From NCBI GenBank assembly GCA_036826375.1, contig DAISWL010000003.1, positions 1-61,185 on the forward strand: DNA of 61,185 nt. Direction: 5' to 3'. Numbering within the stretch: the stretch's first letter is position 1; the number at the start of each line of letters is the position of its first letter. Source of the DNA: Candidatus Saccharimonadota bacterium (lineage in GTDB: Bacteria > Patescibacteriota > Saccharimonadia > Saccharimonadales > HK-STAS-PATE-42). A model generated the notes under the pieces. That model was not told the DNA's origin. It saw nothing but the letters and a program-made list of their open reading frames with translations, and did not search any database. A program made the position numbers and the translations under genes. This document shows, piece by piece, positions 1 to 10,144 of the stretch.

Positions 1-87
1 GCTATATAACAGAGGAAAAGTTAGTTAAAAACCTCCACGTTTTGTCGTATTACTCATTGATATAGATATATTAGCTTCTAAATTCGG

Positions 88-221
88 GACATCCCCGTGC
101 GAAGCCTCGGCTGGAGGTCGAGATGTCTAGTTTGATGATTATAATATTAGTCATCATCGTAATATGCTATTTAGATTCTTAGTAGCATATTACGCGGCGA
201 CTGGATCCCTCCAGTCGCCGC
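88..221. other. Cluster of hairpins (candidate structured RNA/ssDNA element) downstream of secY
   Basis: Stems 88-93/122-127, 133-141/148-156, 158-169/183-194 (perfect 12 bp), 194-205/210-221 (perfect 12 bp); alternative pairing 108-117/208-217. Confidence 0.5.
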
Positions 222-376
222 ACTAAGTTTATCAAGCTTAATATTATAGAAATGCTAACAGAGAAGCTGGCATACTCAATAAAAACAAATTAAACTTAGT
301 TGATTTAGTGCGGCGATAACAATTAAAGTCAACCATGGTTCTAAATCATAATGGAACCAAACCGAAACTATGGGCT

Positions 377-1858
377 TTAAACTCTAGTTTTTTTACTAAG
401 CTTAAGTTTAGATAGTACCGGTAAGCCTTTTTTATTATTAGGCTTTTTGTTGTTTTCGTCGAAGTCGTAAGTTTCCATTAGAGCCTTCGATTGAACCTGC
501 CTTAGAGTTTCGAGAGCTACCGATACCACAATCAATAATCCTGTTCCACTGATACTAAGTTGGCTAGTGCCTAGCATTTTTTCGGCAATAATAGGAATCA
601 TTGCTAAAATACCAAGACTAGTAGCCCCAAATAGATTCAGTCTATTGACAACAGCCTTAAGATGAACCTCGGTTCTTTCACCTGGCTGAACCCCAGATAC
701 AAATCCGCCCTGCTTTTGCAGGTTTTCGGCTATCTCTTTAGAGTTGAATACTATACCAGTATAAAAATAAGTGAAGACGACCACGAGTAAGAAATAGGCC
801 ACAGGGTATATCCACGCTTGGTATCCAGTTTTGGCTAGAAATTCTTGCGAACCAGGAGAAGCAAACCAATCGACTAAGTTTTTACCCAAATTGGCCATCC
901 AAGTAGTGGATGAATTTTCTATTAAACGCCCCGCGAATTGAGGCATAGATAAAAACGCAAAAGCAAAGATTATAGGTATAACTCCTGCTGAAATAAGCTT
1001 AATTGGTAGAATAGTAGTAATACCACCATAGGTTCTATTACCCTTAACTCTCTTGGCATAGTGTACTGTTACTATACGTTGAGCTTCGTTAAGCTTAACT
1101 AGACAGTAAGTTATTACTAGAGTAGCTATTAAAATAGCTATAGATATGTAAGTTGCCCTGGCATTCAATGGAAGTTGTTGCCCGAACAAAGATATCCTTG
1201 CCACTCCTTGAGAGTTAGAAATAGACGCTTCAATTAAACTGTATATAGTGCTAGGTAACCTAGAGACTATACCGGCAAATATTATTAAACTTATTCCATT
1301 ACCGACACCCTGCTCAGTGATTAACTCCCCCAGCCACATTAGTAGTATAGACGCTGCAACCATGGATACTATCATCAGAATCCACTGGGCGGGGCTGGCA
1401 TTTTTTGTTATATCTATACCAAGACTAGAGGCAACTGTTTGCTGACGTAGTATAAATATTAAGCCTACCGACTGGATTATCCCCAATGGTACGGTAAGAA
1501 TTCTGGTGTATTGATTGATCTTCTGCCTACCAGATTCCCCTTCCTGATTTAGTTCTTCTAGTCTAGGTACGGCCTTGGATAGTATCTGCATAATTATAGA
1601 GGCATTTATATATGGTCCTAGACCCATAATCATAATAGAAAAACTAGAAAGAGCCCCTCCCGAAAGTAGATCTAGAAATCCTAGAACCTGCTCCGAGCTA
1701 AAAGCACTAGAGACCAGTTGCTTAAGTTGTGTGGGTTCGGCTAGCGGTATCGGTATATGAGCCAAAAACCTATAAATAACCATTATAGATAGGACACTAA
1801 GCATAGCCGTGAACATCTTCTTACTCTTTAAAGATCTAAATATCAGCTTCCAATCCAT
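377..1858 (-). CDS. secY: Preprotein translocase subunit SecY
   Basis: Multi-TM protein with GLGPYINASIIMQ, GELITEQGVGNGISLIIFAGI, GTGLLIVVSV motifs; follows rplO. Confidence 0.98.
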   Translation of the reverse strand: MDWKLIFRSLKSKKMFTAMLSVLSIMVIYRFLAHIPIPLAEPTQLKQLVSSAFSSEQVLGFLDLLSGGALSSFSIMIMGLGPYINASIIMQILSKAVPRLEELNQEGESGRQKINQYTRILTVPLGIIQSVGLIFILRQQTVASSLGIDITKNASPAQWILMIVSMVAASILLMWLGELITEQGVGNGISLIIFAGIVSRLPSTIYSLIEASISNSQGVARISLFGQQLPLNARATYISIAILIATLVITYCLVKLNEAQRIVTVHYAKRVKGNRTYGGITTILPIKLISAGVIPIIFAFAFLSMPQFAGRLIENSSTTWMANLGKNLVDWFASPGSQEFLAKTGYQAWIYPVAYFLLVVVFTYFYTGIVFNSKEIAENLQKQGGFVSGVQPGERTEVHLKAVVNRLNLFGATSLGILAMIPIIAEKMLGTSQLSISGTGLLIVVSVALETLRQVQSKALMETYDFDENNKKPNNKKGLPVLSKLKLSKKTRV

Positions 1859-1952
1859 AAAACTAGATCAACCCCTTTTAAGTTTAATTTGTATTATTAT
1901 AGCACGTTGAAACTTGAATAGCTCTTCCTGCAATAACAAACTTGATTTTTAA

Positions 1953-2420
1953 TTAAGATTTATCTGCAGATTTTTCTCTTTTTAATCTTTCGACAATATC
2001 GATGTTGCCACCAGCATCCTCTATAGCCTTCCTAGCTCCTTCACTAGCGTGTTGAACTTTCAAGCTAAGAGCTTTCTGGGGGATTCCTTTCAGTATCAAT
2101 TTAACTTTTACATATGGGTTAGAAATTAGCCCCGCCTCTGCAAGAATAAAATTATCAATAACTTTAGCCTTAATAGATTCTAAACCGCCAGTGTATATAG
2201 TTTCGGCTTTAGGCTTAAAAGATTTAAAGCCTTTAGTTTTAGGTAGACGCTCCGCAAAAGATACCTGGCCGCCCTCAAAACCTATTCTTAACTTCTTCCC
2301 CGTTCTAGATTTCTGTCCTTTAGTTCCTCTCCCCGCTGTCTTACCCTTGCCAGCAGATATACCGCGACCAACCCTAGTATTCTTTTTATTGGATTTTCTT
2401 TCAATTTCGTTAATTTTCAT
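1953..2420 (-). CDS. rplO: 50S ribosomal protein L15
   Basis: RVGRGISAGKGKTAGRGTKGQKSR, GFEGGQ. Confidence 0.98.
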   Translation of the reverse strand: MKINEIERKSNKKNTRVGRGISAGKGKTAGRGTKGQKSRTGKKLRIGFEGGQVSFAERLPKTKGFKSFKPKAETIYTGGLESIKAKVIDNFILAEAGLISNPYVKVKLILKGIPQKALSLKVQHASEGARKAIEDAGGNIDIVERLKREKSADKS

Positions 2421-3169
2421 TATTTATCTCCCTCTTTTTTAGCGGTAGATTTTTTAACTGTAGGCTTTTTAGCTGGAGTTTTCTTGTTCACCGGAGCTTT
2501 TTTGGCTGCAGATTTCTTAGTAACTGCGGCTTTTTTAGCTATAACCGCTACCTCAGGCTTAACATTTATTTTCTTGGGTTTTGCCTTGTCGGCTTCTTTT
2601 TTTGCAGATACACCCTTAGCCGCGACAGAATTATTAAGCTTAAGAGCTTCAACGCGATGATCTTTCATCCATTTACTCTTAGGGACTAGGGATCTTAAGG
2701 CTGACATGGTTGCATAAGCTGTATTAATTTTATTAGATGAGCCTAACGACTTGCTTAATATATTATGTATACTGGTCAGATTTAATATTGATCTAACTGT
2801 GCCGCCGGCGATAATACCAGTACCTGGGGAGGCGGGCTTTAACATTATACGAGATCCCCCAACCTTACCTTCGGAATCATGAGGTATAGTTTGAGCATAA
2901 AGAGGAATATTGATCATATTCTTCTTGGCTACGGCCGTAGCCTTTACTACTGCTGCCTGAACATCGCCGCCCTTCGAAACACCTATGCCAACTTGCGTAG
3001 AGCCGTCTCCAACCGCGACTAAAGCTTGAAAGCGGAACCTTCTACCACCCTTAACAACTCTAGCTACCCTATTCAGAGATATTACAACTTCTTTAAACTC
3101 TGGTTGCTCAACAAAACCTTCACTAGTTGATGACTTCGCAGGATTAGATTTAAATTTAGTATCCGCCAT
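2420..3169 (-). CDS. rpsE: 30S ribosomal protein S5 with Lys/Ala-rich C-terminal tail
   Basis: RVARVVKGGRRFRF, PASPGTGIIAGG. Confidence 0.98.
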   Translation of the reverse strand: MADTKFKSNPAKSSTSEGFVEQPEFKEVVISLNRVARVVKGGRRFRFQALVAVGDGSTQVGIGVSKGGDVQAAVVKATAVAKKNMINIPLYAQTIPHDSEGKVGGSRIMLKPASPGTGIIAGGTVRSILNLTSIHNILSKSLGSSNKINTAYATMSALRSLVPKSKWMKDHRVEALKLNNSVAAKGVSAKKEADKAKPKKINVKPEVAVIAKKAAVTKKSAAKKAPVNKKTPAKKPTVKKSTAKKEGDK

Positions 3170-3171
3170 AA

Positions 3172-3525
3172 TTATACCTCTATACCTTCCTTTCTTAGAG
3201 CTTCAGCAAGAGCCTTAATTCTACCATGGTACTTTTTGCCATTTCTATCAATAACGAGCTTAGATATTTTAACTTTATTAAGCTTAGTTACTAAATCAGA
3301 GCCTAATTTGCTAGCCTGTTCGGTTAAAGGCTTATCTGACTTAAGACCAACCGTGGAAGCTGAAACCAAAGTTAGGCCCTTCTGGTCGTCTATAACTTGA
3401 CAATGTAGATGTCTATTGGAAACTCTAATACTCAAACGAGGTCGTTCTGCTGAGCCGGAAACTTTAGAGCGAACTCTACCCTTTCTTAGGCTCAGGTTGA
3501 CTTTTTTTAGTTCATTAGCCTTCAT
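3172..3525 (-). CDS. rplR: 50S ribosomal protein L18
   Basis: RPRLSIRVSNRH, DRNGKKYHGRIKALAEALR. Confidence 0.97.
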   Translation of the reverse strand: MKANELKKVNLSLRKGRVRSKVSGSAERPRLSIRVSNRHLHCQVIDDQKGLTLVSASTVGLKSDKPLTEQASKLGSDLVTKLNKVKISKLVIDRNGKKYHGRIKALAEALRKEGIEV

Positions 3526-4061
3526 TATTTAGAACCCGCCTTTCCTGCTTTTCGCAGTATTTGTTCATCTATATACTTTATTCCCTTGCCCTTGTATGGC
3601 TCGGGTTTTTTCAAAGCCCTAATCTCAGCAGCAACCTGACCAACTCTTTGTTTTGATATACCGCTTACTGAAATCTTATTCCTGTCTACAGAAACCTGAA
3701 TATCTTGAGGTACTTTATAGATAACGTCATGTGAAAAACCTAATGCAAACTTAATATTGGTACCTTGTATTTCAACCTTATATCCCACTCCGTTAAGCTC
3801 TAACTGCTTTTCGAACCCCTTAGTTACACCAATCACCATATTATTGACTAGTGAACGGATCAAACCGTGTTCAGATCTGGCCTTTTTAGTTTCATCTTTC
3901 CTCGCTACGCTGACGACGCCGTTATCTTGGCTTATAGTAACATTAGGCGATGACTGCTGGGTTAGTTCTCCCTTAGGGCCTTTGACGGTTATTATATGAC
4001 CGTCGACCGTGATTGTCACACCAGCTGGTATTTCAATTGGTAGTTTTCCGATACGACTCAT
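3525..4061 (-). CDS. rplF: 50S ribosomal protein L6
   Basis: MSRIGKLPI, PEPYKGKGI. Confidence 0.98.
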   Translation of the reverse strand: MSRIGKLPIEIPAGVTITVDGHIITVKGPKGELTQQSSPNVTISQDNGVVSVARKDETKKARSEHGLIRSLVNNMVIGVTKGFEKQLELNGVGYKVEIQGTNIKFALGFSHDVIYKVPQDIQVSVDRNKISVSGISKQRVGQVAAEIRALKKPEPYKGKGIKYIDEQILRKAGKAGSK

Positions 4062-4091
4062 TATTTTAATCCTTTCTTGTTTAAATATTAT

Positions 4092-4493
4092 CTAGTAAAT
4101 TTTGCAGATAATCTCTCCGCCAACTTGACTAGCTTTGGCGCTGACGCCATCTATTATCCCCTTTGAAGTAGATATTAGAACCATGCCTCTACCGTTTTTG
4201 ATAGTTGGGATATCTTTAGCTTGAACATAATAGCGTCTACCGGGTTTAGAAACTCTTTCGATGCTTGATATTCTCGGAGTTTGACCATCGGTATTTATTA
4301 CTATTTTAAGCTTATTCTGAGGCTTTTCCTCTATAACTTCAACTGAGGTTAGATATCCAGATTTAACAAGCTGCTCCGCAACCTTAACCTTAACTTTTGA
4401 GCTAGGTAGAATTATTTGTGTTTTACGAGCGTTGATAGCATTCCTAATTCTGGTTAGCATATCAGCGATGGGATCTGTTGATAATAATGACAT
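4092..4493 (-). CDS. rpsH: 30S ribosomal protein S8
   Basis: DPIADMLTRIRNA, SKPGRRYY, STSKGI. Confidence 0.98.
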   Translation of the reverse strand: MSLLSTDPIADMLTRIRNAINARKTQIILPSSKVKVKVAEQLVKSGYLTSVEVIEEKPQNKLKIVINTDGQTPRISSIERVSKPGRRYYVQAKDIPTIKNGRGMVLISTSKGIIDGVSAKASQVGGEIICKIY

Positions 4494-4520
4494 ATAAACT
4501 TACATAAACCTTTCTTGCTT

Positions 4521-4790
4521 TTACCAGCTTGATTTCTTAACTCCAGGTATTTGACCAACTGAAGCTCTTAATCTGAATTCTATCCTAGAGAGACCGAATC
4601 GACGCATATAACCTCTTGGCCTACCACTTTGAGCACATCTATTTTTATGACGACAAGGGCTTGAATTATTAGGCAGAAGCGCCAAGCCCTCTCTATCCCC
4701 TAAAGCCTTAAGCTCTGCTCTCTTGGCGGCATATTTTTCAATCATCTTTATTCTCTTCTTATCTCTAGCTATTATGGATTTCTTAGCCAT
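4521..4790 (-). CDS. rpsN: 30S ribosomal protein S14 (89 aa, zinc-independent type)
   Basis: [36 protein letters not shown]. Confidence 0.97.
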   Translation of the reverse strand: MAKKSIIARDKKRIKMIEKYAAKRAELKALGDREGLALLPNNSSPCRHKNRCAQSGRPRGYMRRFGLSRIEFRLRASVGQIPGVKKSSW

Positions 4791-5381
4791 CTATTTTACT
4801 CCTTTCATAAAAGGCATGCCGAACTTAATAAGTAAGGCCTTATTCTGCTCACTAGAATCTGAACTCATGACAAATGTTATTTGTAAGCCGTGGGCCGTTG
4901 AAGTATCTTCAAAAGTTAGTTCCGGGAATACAGATTGTTCGGTTAAACCCACGTTATAGTTACCCGTTTTATCAAAAGATTTATTCGAGACCCCGTGAAA
5001 ATCTCTTACGCGTGGTAGAACCACCGATATAAATCTATCTAAGAATTCGTACATCCTGTTGCCACGCAAAGTAACTTTCAGCCCAACTTTGTTTAAGCCT
5101 CGACGAATTTTAAAGCTGGCTATAGATTTTTTGGCCCAAAGCTCAACTGGTTTCTGACCAGTTATCTTAGCTAGAGTATTTGTTGCTACCTCAACTTTGC
5201 GCTTATCGTCTTTGAACTTACCAGTCCCAATACTAACAACTATTTTCTCTAGTTTAGGAACTTGATTAACATTAGATAAAGCTAATTCGTCTTTAAGCTC
5301 TTTTTTGAATTCTAATAAGTACTGAGCTTTTAGGCGTGGCACCATTTTTGAGTTAGTAGCACTAGCATCTTTCTTAGCCAT
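4791..5381 (-). CDS. rplE: 50S ribosomal protein L5
   Basis: VPKLEKIVV, KKSIASFKIR, VTLRGNRMYEFL, PRVRDFHG. Confidence 0.98.
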   Translation of the reverse strand: MAKKDASATNSKMVPRLKAQYLLEFKKELKDELALSNVNQVPKLEKIVVSIGTGKFKDDKRKVEVATNTLAKITGQKPVELWAKKSIASFKIRRGLNKVGLKVTLRGNRMYEFLDRFISVVLPRVRDFHGVSNKSFDKTGNYNVGLTEQSVFPELTFEDTSTAHGLQITFVMSSDSSEQNKALLIKFGMPFMKGVK

Positions 5382-5701
5382 TAGTTTATCTCCTTGCCGT
5401 TAGTTTTTGTGACTCTGGATTTCTTGCCATCCTTGATTTGATAGCCAATTCTAGAAGTTTTACCTGTACTTTCGTCTACCAAGAACTGCACTTTTGATAT
5501 ATCTATCGGCTTGTTCATCTCTTTGATAGATCCTGTAGATTGGCCGTAGCCTGGTTTGACGTGTTTCTTAATGATATTAACACCCTCTACTACAACCTGG
5601 GCCTTGGCTGGTAGAATTTGCAATATTTTACCTATCGCACCTTTTTCGGCACCACTTATAACCTTAACTTTATCTCCTAATTTAAGCTTAATTGCTGACA
5701 T
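5381..5701 (-). CDS. rplX: 50S ribosomal protein L24
   Basis: KOW motif GDKVKVISGAEKG, VVVEGVN. Confidence 0.97.
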   Translation of the reverse strand: MSAIKLKLGDKVKVISGAEKGAIGKILQILPAKAQVVVEGVNIIKKHVKPGYGQSTGSIKEMNKPIDISKVQFLVDESTGKTSRIGYQIKDGKKSRVTKTNGKEIN

Positions 5702-5702
5702 C

Positions 5703-6071
5703 TTAGAGTACCTCCGGTGCTAGTGAAATTATTTTAGCATAACCCCTATCTCTAAGCTCTCTAGGGATAGGACCGAAAACTCTGGTTGCCTTCGGCATCT
5801 TATCATCACCGATAATAACTGCAGCATTCTCATCGAAAGATATTGTTGATCCATCTGGGCGTTGTATCTTGTTTTTAGTTCTAACTATTACGGCCTTGAC
5901 TACGCTCTTTCTTTTTACGCTTCCTGTCGGATTAGCAGTTTTAACACTGGCGACTATAGTATCTCCCACTCTCGCGTATCTACGACGAGTTCCACCTAGA
6001 ACTCTAATGCAGAGTATAGTTTTTGCACCGCTATTATCTGCTACCTTAAGCATTGACTCTTGTTGTATCAT
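5703..6071 (-). CDS. rplN: 50S ribosomal protein L14
   Basis: [25 protein letters not shown]. Confidence 0.99.
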   Translation of the reverse strand: MIQQESMLKVADNSGAKTILCIRVLGGTRRRYARVGDTIVASVKTANPTGSVKRKSVVKAVIVRTKNKIQRPDGSTISFDENAAVIIGDDKMPKATRVFGPIPRELRDRGYAKIISLAPEVL

Positions 6072-6352
6072 AGTTGAGCCTCCTCTGCGCCAGTTATTAA
6101 ATCTTCGGCTGAAACTGGTCTATCTACAATCTTTACTAGCGACCATTTCTTTGTCTTGCTAATTGGGCGGACTTCTTGGAAATCGACAATATCACCCTTT
6201 TTAGATTGATTCTCCTCATCGTGGACTTGGAATTTTTTAGATGTAGTGTAGGCTTTATTATAAAGAGGATGTCTAACTCTTCTATCAACCCTTACTACGA
6301 TAGTTTTACTCTGACTATCTGAAACTACTTTCCCTTGTAAAATTTTCGACAT
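6068..6352 (-). CDS. rpsQ: 30S ribosomal protein S17
   Basis: [20 protein letters not shown]. Confidence 0.97.
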   Translation of the reverse strand: MSKILQGKVVSDSQSKTIVVRVDRRVRHPLYNKAYTTSKKFQVHDEENQSKKGDIVDFQEVRPISKTKKWSLVKIVDRPVSAEDLITGAEEAQL

Positions 6353-6585
6353 TACTCTTTGCCTCCTTGCTTGGAATCAACTTCCTCCGTCATAGATTCT
6401 TTAACAACGCTTAGTGTTCTAGCTAGTGATCTTTTTAAACCGTTAAGCTCTTTAGAGTTTTTTAACTCGTTAGCCTTAAGTTTAACTTCAGTCGCTAATA
6501 TTTTAGACCTTAAATCTAAAGAAGCAATCTCTAATTCCCTTTTGGCCATAGAGCGATATTTTTTCAATTCATCTAGCCTTTTCAT
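6352..6585 (-). CDS. rpmC: 50S ribosomal protein L29
   Basis: Position between rplP and rpsQ; small helical protein with LKRSLARTL. Confidence 0.85.
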   Translation of the reverse strand: MKRLDELKKYRSMAKRELEIASLDLRSKILATEVKLKANELKNSKELNGLKRSLARTLSVVKESMTEEVDSKQGGKE

Positions 6586-6998
6586 TAGCCTTGCTCCTTT
6601 ATGATAAATTTGGTTTTAACTGGTAACTTATGGGCAGCTAAGCGCATGGCCTCTCTTGCGATGTCTTCATTTACACCATTCATTTCAAAAAGCATTGTTC
6701 CATCCTTAACTCTAGCTATGAAGTGGTCTGGAGATCCCTTACCCTTGCCCATCTTAACATCATGAGGTTTTCTGGTTACTACTATATGAGGGAAGATCCT
6801 AATCCAAATTTTTCCGCCACGTTTTACATATCTAGTCATAGCACGACGGGCAGCCTCAATTTGACGAGATGTTATCCTCTCATTACCCTTACTCTGCAGT
6901 CCATACTCCCCGAATGATACCTCGTTAGCCTTAGATGCTACGCCCTTATTTTTACCTTTGAATTCTCTGCGATATTTAGTTTTTTTCGGTAAAAGCAT
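6585..6998 (-). CDS. rplP: 50S ribosomal protein L16
   Basis: [30 protein letters not shown]. Confidence 0.98.
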   Translation of the reverse strand: MLLPKKTKYRREFKGKNKGVASKANEVSFGEYGLQSKGNERITSRQIEAARRAMTRYVKRGGKIWIRIFPHIVVTRKPHDVKMGKGKGSPDHFIARVKDGTMLFEMNGVNEDIAREAMRLAAHKLPVKTKFIIKEQG

Positions 6999-7628
6999 TT
7001 ACGCCTCCCCCTTATAGATCCAAACCTTAACACCGATGGTACCGGCTTGGGTTTTAGCTGTAGCTTGATGATAATCAATATCTGAACGAAGTGTATGAAG
7101 AGGCACCGAGCCTTGGCTCTCCTTTTCTCGTCTCGCCATTTCTGCTCCATTTAAACGTCCGCCAAGCTCAATCTTAACGCCTTTAGCACCAGCACGCATA
7201 GTCGAGCTAGCTGCAAACTTCATAGCTCTCCTAAACGGTATTCTTCTTTGTAGCTGACTGGCTATATTTTCGGATACCAGTTTAGCATTTAAATCTGCTC
7301 TTTTAATTTCTAATATGTTAATTCTAACATTTTTGGTATCGAATATCTGATTTAAGCGCGATACCATTTCTTGAGAGCCAGATCCACCACGACCGATTAC
7401 TACGCCAGGCTTTGATGTATGAACGGTAATCAATATCTCACCGCCAGATCTTTCGATACGCACATCTCCTATAATTGAACCATTTACATATCTAGATTCT
7501 ATGTACTTTCTAGCTTCAATATCTTGATTCAAAAAAGATGCAAAATCTCTTTTATTTACAAACCACTTAGATTTCCAATCTTTAGTGACTTGTAACCTCA
7601 TACTGATTGGATTAACTTTCTGACCCAT
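6999..7628 (-). CDS. rpsC: 30S ribosomal protein S3
   Basis: MGQKVNP, GRLNGAEMAR, VPLHTLR, GVKVWI. Confidence 0.98.
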   Translation of the reverse strand: MGQKVNPISMRLQVTKDWKSKWFVNKRDFASFLNQDIEARKYIESRYVNGSIIGDVRIERSGGEILITVHTSKPGVVIGRGGSGSQEMVSRLNQIFDTKNVRINILEIKRADLNAKLVSENIASQLQRRIPFRRAMKFAASSTMRAGAKGVKIELGGRLNGAEMARREKESQGSVPLHTLRSDIDYHQATAKTQAGTIGVKVWIYKGEA

Positions 7629-8119
7629 TACTTGCTCTCCTTTGCTACCTTCTTGGTGCTGGTTTTAACTTTTGTAGTTCGCTTAGGGTCAGATTTAAGG
7701 TTGGCATCTTTTGGTTTAGACGGTGCATCTACTACCTTTTTATTGGAAGATGAGTTGGCTTTAAGTTGACCGCTGACTACTACATAGATATTGGATGTTC
7801 GGTGCATATATGGGTGAGCGGAGCCTCTGGCAATAGGGCGGAATCTCTTATACCTAACGCCAGGACCAACCTGTATAGAACTGATTACCAACGCCTTTTC
7901 TTCTATGCCGTGATTATTAGTAGCATTAGCCGCCGCTGAGGATATTAGCTTATGTATAGATTCGGCAGCTCTTCTTGGAGTATGATTCAAGATTGTTAGA
8001 GCATCACTAACACTTCTACCCCTAACTAGAGCAGCTACTTCACCGGTTTTGCGTGGAGATATCCTTAAGCCAATAGCGCTAGCCTTAGCAGTGTTTAGAT
8101 TTAATGATTTAGCCGCCAT
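7628..8119 (-). CDS. rplV: 50S ribosomal protein L22 with basic C-terminal extension
   Basis: RISPRK, RFRPIARG, RTSNI. Confidence 0.97.
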   Translation of the reverse strand: MAAKSLNLNTAKASAIGLRISPRKTGEVAALVRGRSVSDALTILNHTPRRAAESIHKLISSAAANATNNHGIEEKALVISSIQVGPGVRYKRFRPIARGSAHPYMHRTSNIYVVVSGQLKANSSSNKKVVDAPSKPKDANLKSDPKRTTKVKTSTKKVAKESK

Positions 8120-8385
8120 TACTTCTTATCCTTTCCGCCATGTTTTCTAAACTTACGTGTAGGAGAGAATTCTCCTAGTTTATGTCCAACCATATTTTCA
8201 GTTATAAATACCGGAATATGTAGCTTTCCATTATGGACAGCTATAGTTCTTCCAACCATTTCTGGTGATATCGTACTAGAACGAGCCCAAGTTTTAATTA
8301 CAGTCCTATCTTCCTTGGCTAAAGCTGAAACCTTCTTTTGTAGTTTAGGGTCTATAAAAGGACCTTTTTTTAGAGATCTACTCAT
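8119..8385 (-). CDS. rpsS: 30S ribosomal protein S19
   Basis: [22 protein letters not shown]. Confidence 0.99.
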   Translation of the reverse strand: MSRSLKKGPFIDPKLQKKVSALAKEDRTVIKTWARSSTISPEMVGRTIAVHNGKLHIPVFITENMVGHKLGEFSPTRKFRKHGGKDKK

Positions 8386-8391
8386 GAGTTA

Positions 8392-9228
8392 TTACCTCCT
8401 CTTCCCTTCATGTCTACTTCTGACTATGTATTTATTAGTATCTTTTCTTGAACGAGTTTTGTAACCCAGAGTTTTCATGCCCCATGGTGTTCTAGGAGCT
8501 TTACCTGTACCGTGGCGTCCACCATCTCCACCACCGTGAGGGTGATCTGTAGCATTCATGACTACACCTCTGACTGAAGGTCTCCATCCTTTATTACGCT
8601 TTCTACCGGCTTTGCCCCATTTAATGTTCTGATGTTGCTCATTACCAACGGAACCGATAGTAGCCATGCAATCTACAAGAACTTTACGCATTTCTCCGCT
8701 TGGTAGCTTGATAAGAGCGTACTTACCTTCTTTAGCATTAAGTTGAGCGCCTGTTCCGGCACTACGAACTATTTGAGATCCACGTCCTGGCTGAAGCTCA
8801 ATGTTGTGGATATAAGTACCAGTTGGAATATCGTTAAGCTTAAGACGATTATCTGGTTCTATTGGAGCTCCAACCCCAACCTGAATAGTTTGACCTACGT
8901 AGGTTTTAGAACCAGCGATTACGTAATGAAGCTTGCCTTCTTGATCTTCAAGCCGAGCAATTCTAGCTGAGCGATTAGGATCATATTCTATTTCTTTGAC
9001 TATAGCTTTCATGCCATCGAAAGGTTTAAAATTAATTAATCTTAAGAATTTCTTGTGTCCACCGCCACGATGACGAACTGTAATTTTTCCCTGATTATTT
9101 CTACCAGCCTTACTCTTTTTGATTTTAAGCAAAGATTTAACAGGCTTGTTTGTAGTGATCATTGAGAAATCTTGGTTAGTCATTCCTCTACGACCCGGAG
9201 TTGTTGGTTTATAGGTTTTAAGCGGCAT
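8392..9228 (-). CDS. rplB: 50S ribosomal protein L2
   Basis: GRNNQGKIT, EYDPNRSA, VRGVVMNATDHPHGGG. Confidence 0.99.
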   Translation of the reverse strand: MPLKTYKPTTPGRRGMTNQDFSMITTNKPVKSLLKIKKSKAGRNNQGKITVRHRGGGHKKFLRLINFKPFDGMKAIVKEIEYDPNRSARIARLEDQEGKLHYVIAGSKTYVGQTIQVGVGAPIEPDNRLKLNDIPTGTYIHNIELQPGRGSQIVRSAGTGAQLNAKEGKYALIKLPSGEMRKVLVDCMATIGSVGNEQHQNIKWGKAGRKRNKGWRPSVRGVVMNATDHPHGGGDGGRHGTGKAPRTPWGMKTLGYKTRSRKDTNKYIVRSRHEGKRR

Positions 9229-9547
9229 TATTATCTACCTCCTCGAAAGCTGAAATGTTGATTTTATCTCCGTCTTTAACGGTTACATAGGCTAACTTCT
9301 GGGTCGAGCGGCGTCCATAAACAGGTCTACCGGAACTCCTACGGCCTATCCTTACAGATCTAGCTTTCTTGCCCTTACGATTGATCGTCCTGACATCTGT
9401 TACGCCAACTCCGTATTGAGATTCAACCGCTTGCTTAATTTCAATCTTATTAAGATCGGAATCTATGTTAAAAACATAGACGTTACCATTAACAGATTGA
9501 GCATAAGCTTTCTCACTAATTCTTGGTATTAAGCTGATAAACTTCAT
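9218..9547 (-). CDS. rplW: 50S ribosomal protein L23
   Basis: PRISEKA, NKIEIKQAVE, KLAYVTV. Confidence 0.96.
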   Translation of the reverse strand: MKFISLIPRISEKAYAQSVNGNVYVFNIDSDLNKIEIKQAVESQYGVGVTDVRTINRKGKKARSVRIGRRSSGRPVYGRRSTQKLAYVTVKDGDKINISAFEEVDNNAA

Positions 9548-10143
9548 TATTTATTGCCTCCTAGCCAATCGCTTATTAAACTTAAAGAACTTGGCGAAAT
9601 TATTATCGAATTGGCATTCATTACTACGAAAACATTTAAATGAGTTGCTGTTTTAAAATCTACATTTGGCAAATTAGCTAAAGACTTTTCTAATTTTTCA
9701 TCTCTTTCGGCAGTAACAACTAGTATTCTGCCCTTAGCTCCTAGTTGATCTAGCTGCTTGGCAGCATCTTGTGTGCTGATGTTTTTAAGATTAAGTTCGG
9801 CAACTTGGACTTGTTTAGATCTGTTAGCCAATGTTAAGGATTGCTTAATAGCCCCTCGCTTCATCTTCTTAGTTAGATTTAGCTTGTAATTTTCGCTACC
9901 GCTCGGGCCGAAGACTACTCCACCACCACGCCAATGAGGGGCTCTAATTGAGCCTATCCTAGCTCTACCGGTTCCCTTTTGGCGCCATGGTTTCTTACCG
10001 CCACCACTAACCTCTCCTCGTTTAAGGGTACTAGCGGAGACAGAACGACCGTTAGCAAGGTAAGCCTTGTAGGCTAAATCTATTAATTCATAATTTTCGA
10101 CCTTAACGTCAAACACATTTTTGGGAAGAGTTAGATCTGACAT
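9547..10143 (-). CDS. rplD: 50S ribosomal protein L4
   Basis: RGEVSGGGKKPWRQKGTGRAR, WRGGGVVFGP. Confidence 0.98.
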   Translation of the reverse strand: MSDLTLPKNVFDVKVENYELIDLAYKAYLANGRSVSASTLKRGEVSGGGKKPWRQKGTGRARIGSIRAPHWRGGGVVFGPSGSENYKLNLTKKMKRGAIKQSLTLANRSKQVQVAELNLKNISTQDAAKQLDQLGAKGRILVVTAERDEKLEKSLANLPNVDFKTATHLNVFVVMNANSIIISPSSLSLISDWLGGNK

Positions 10144-10144
10144 A

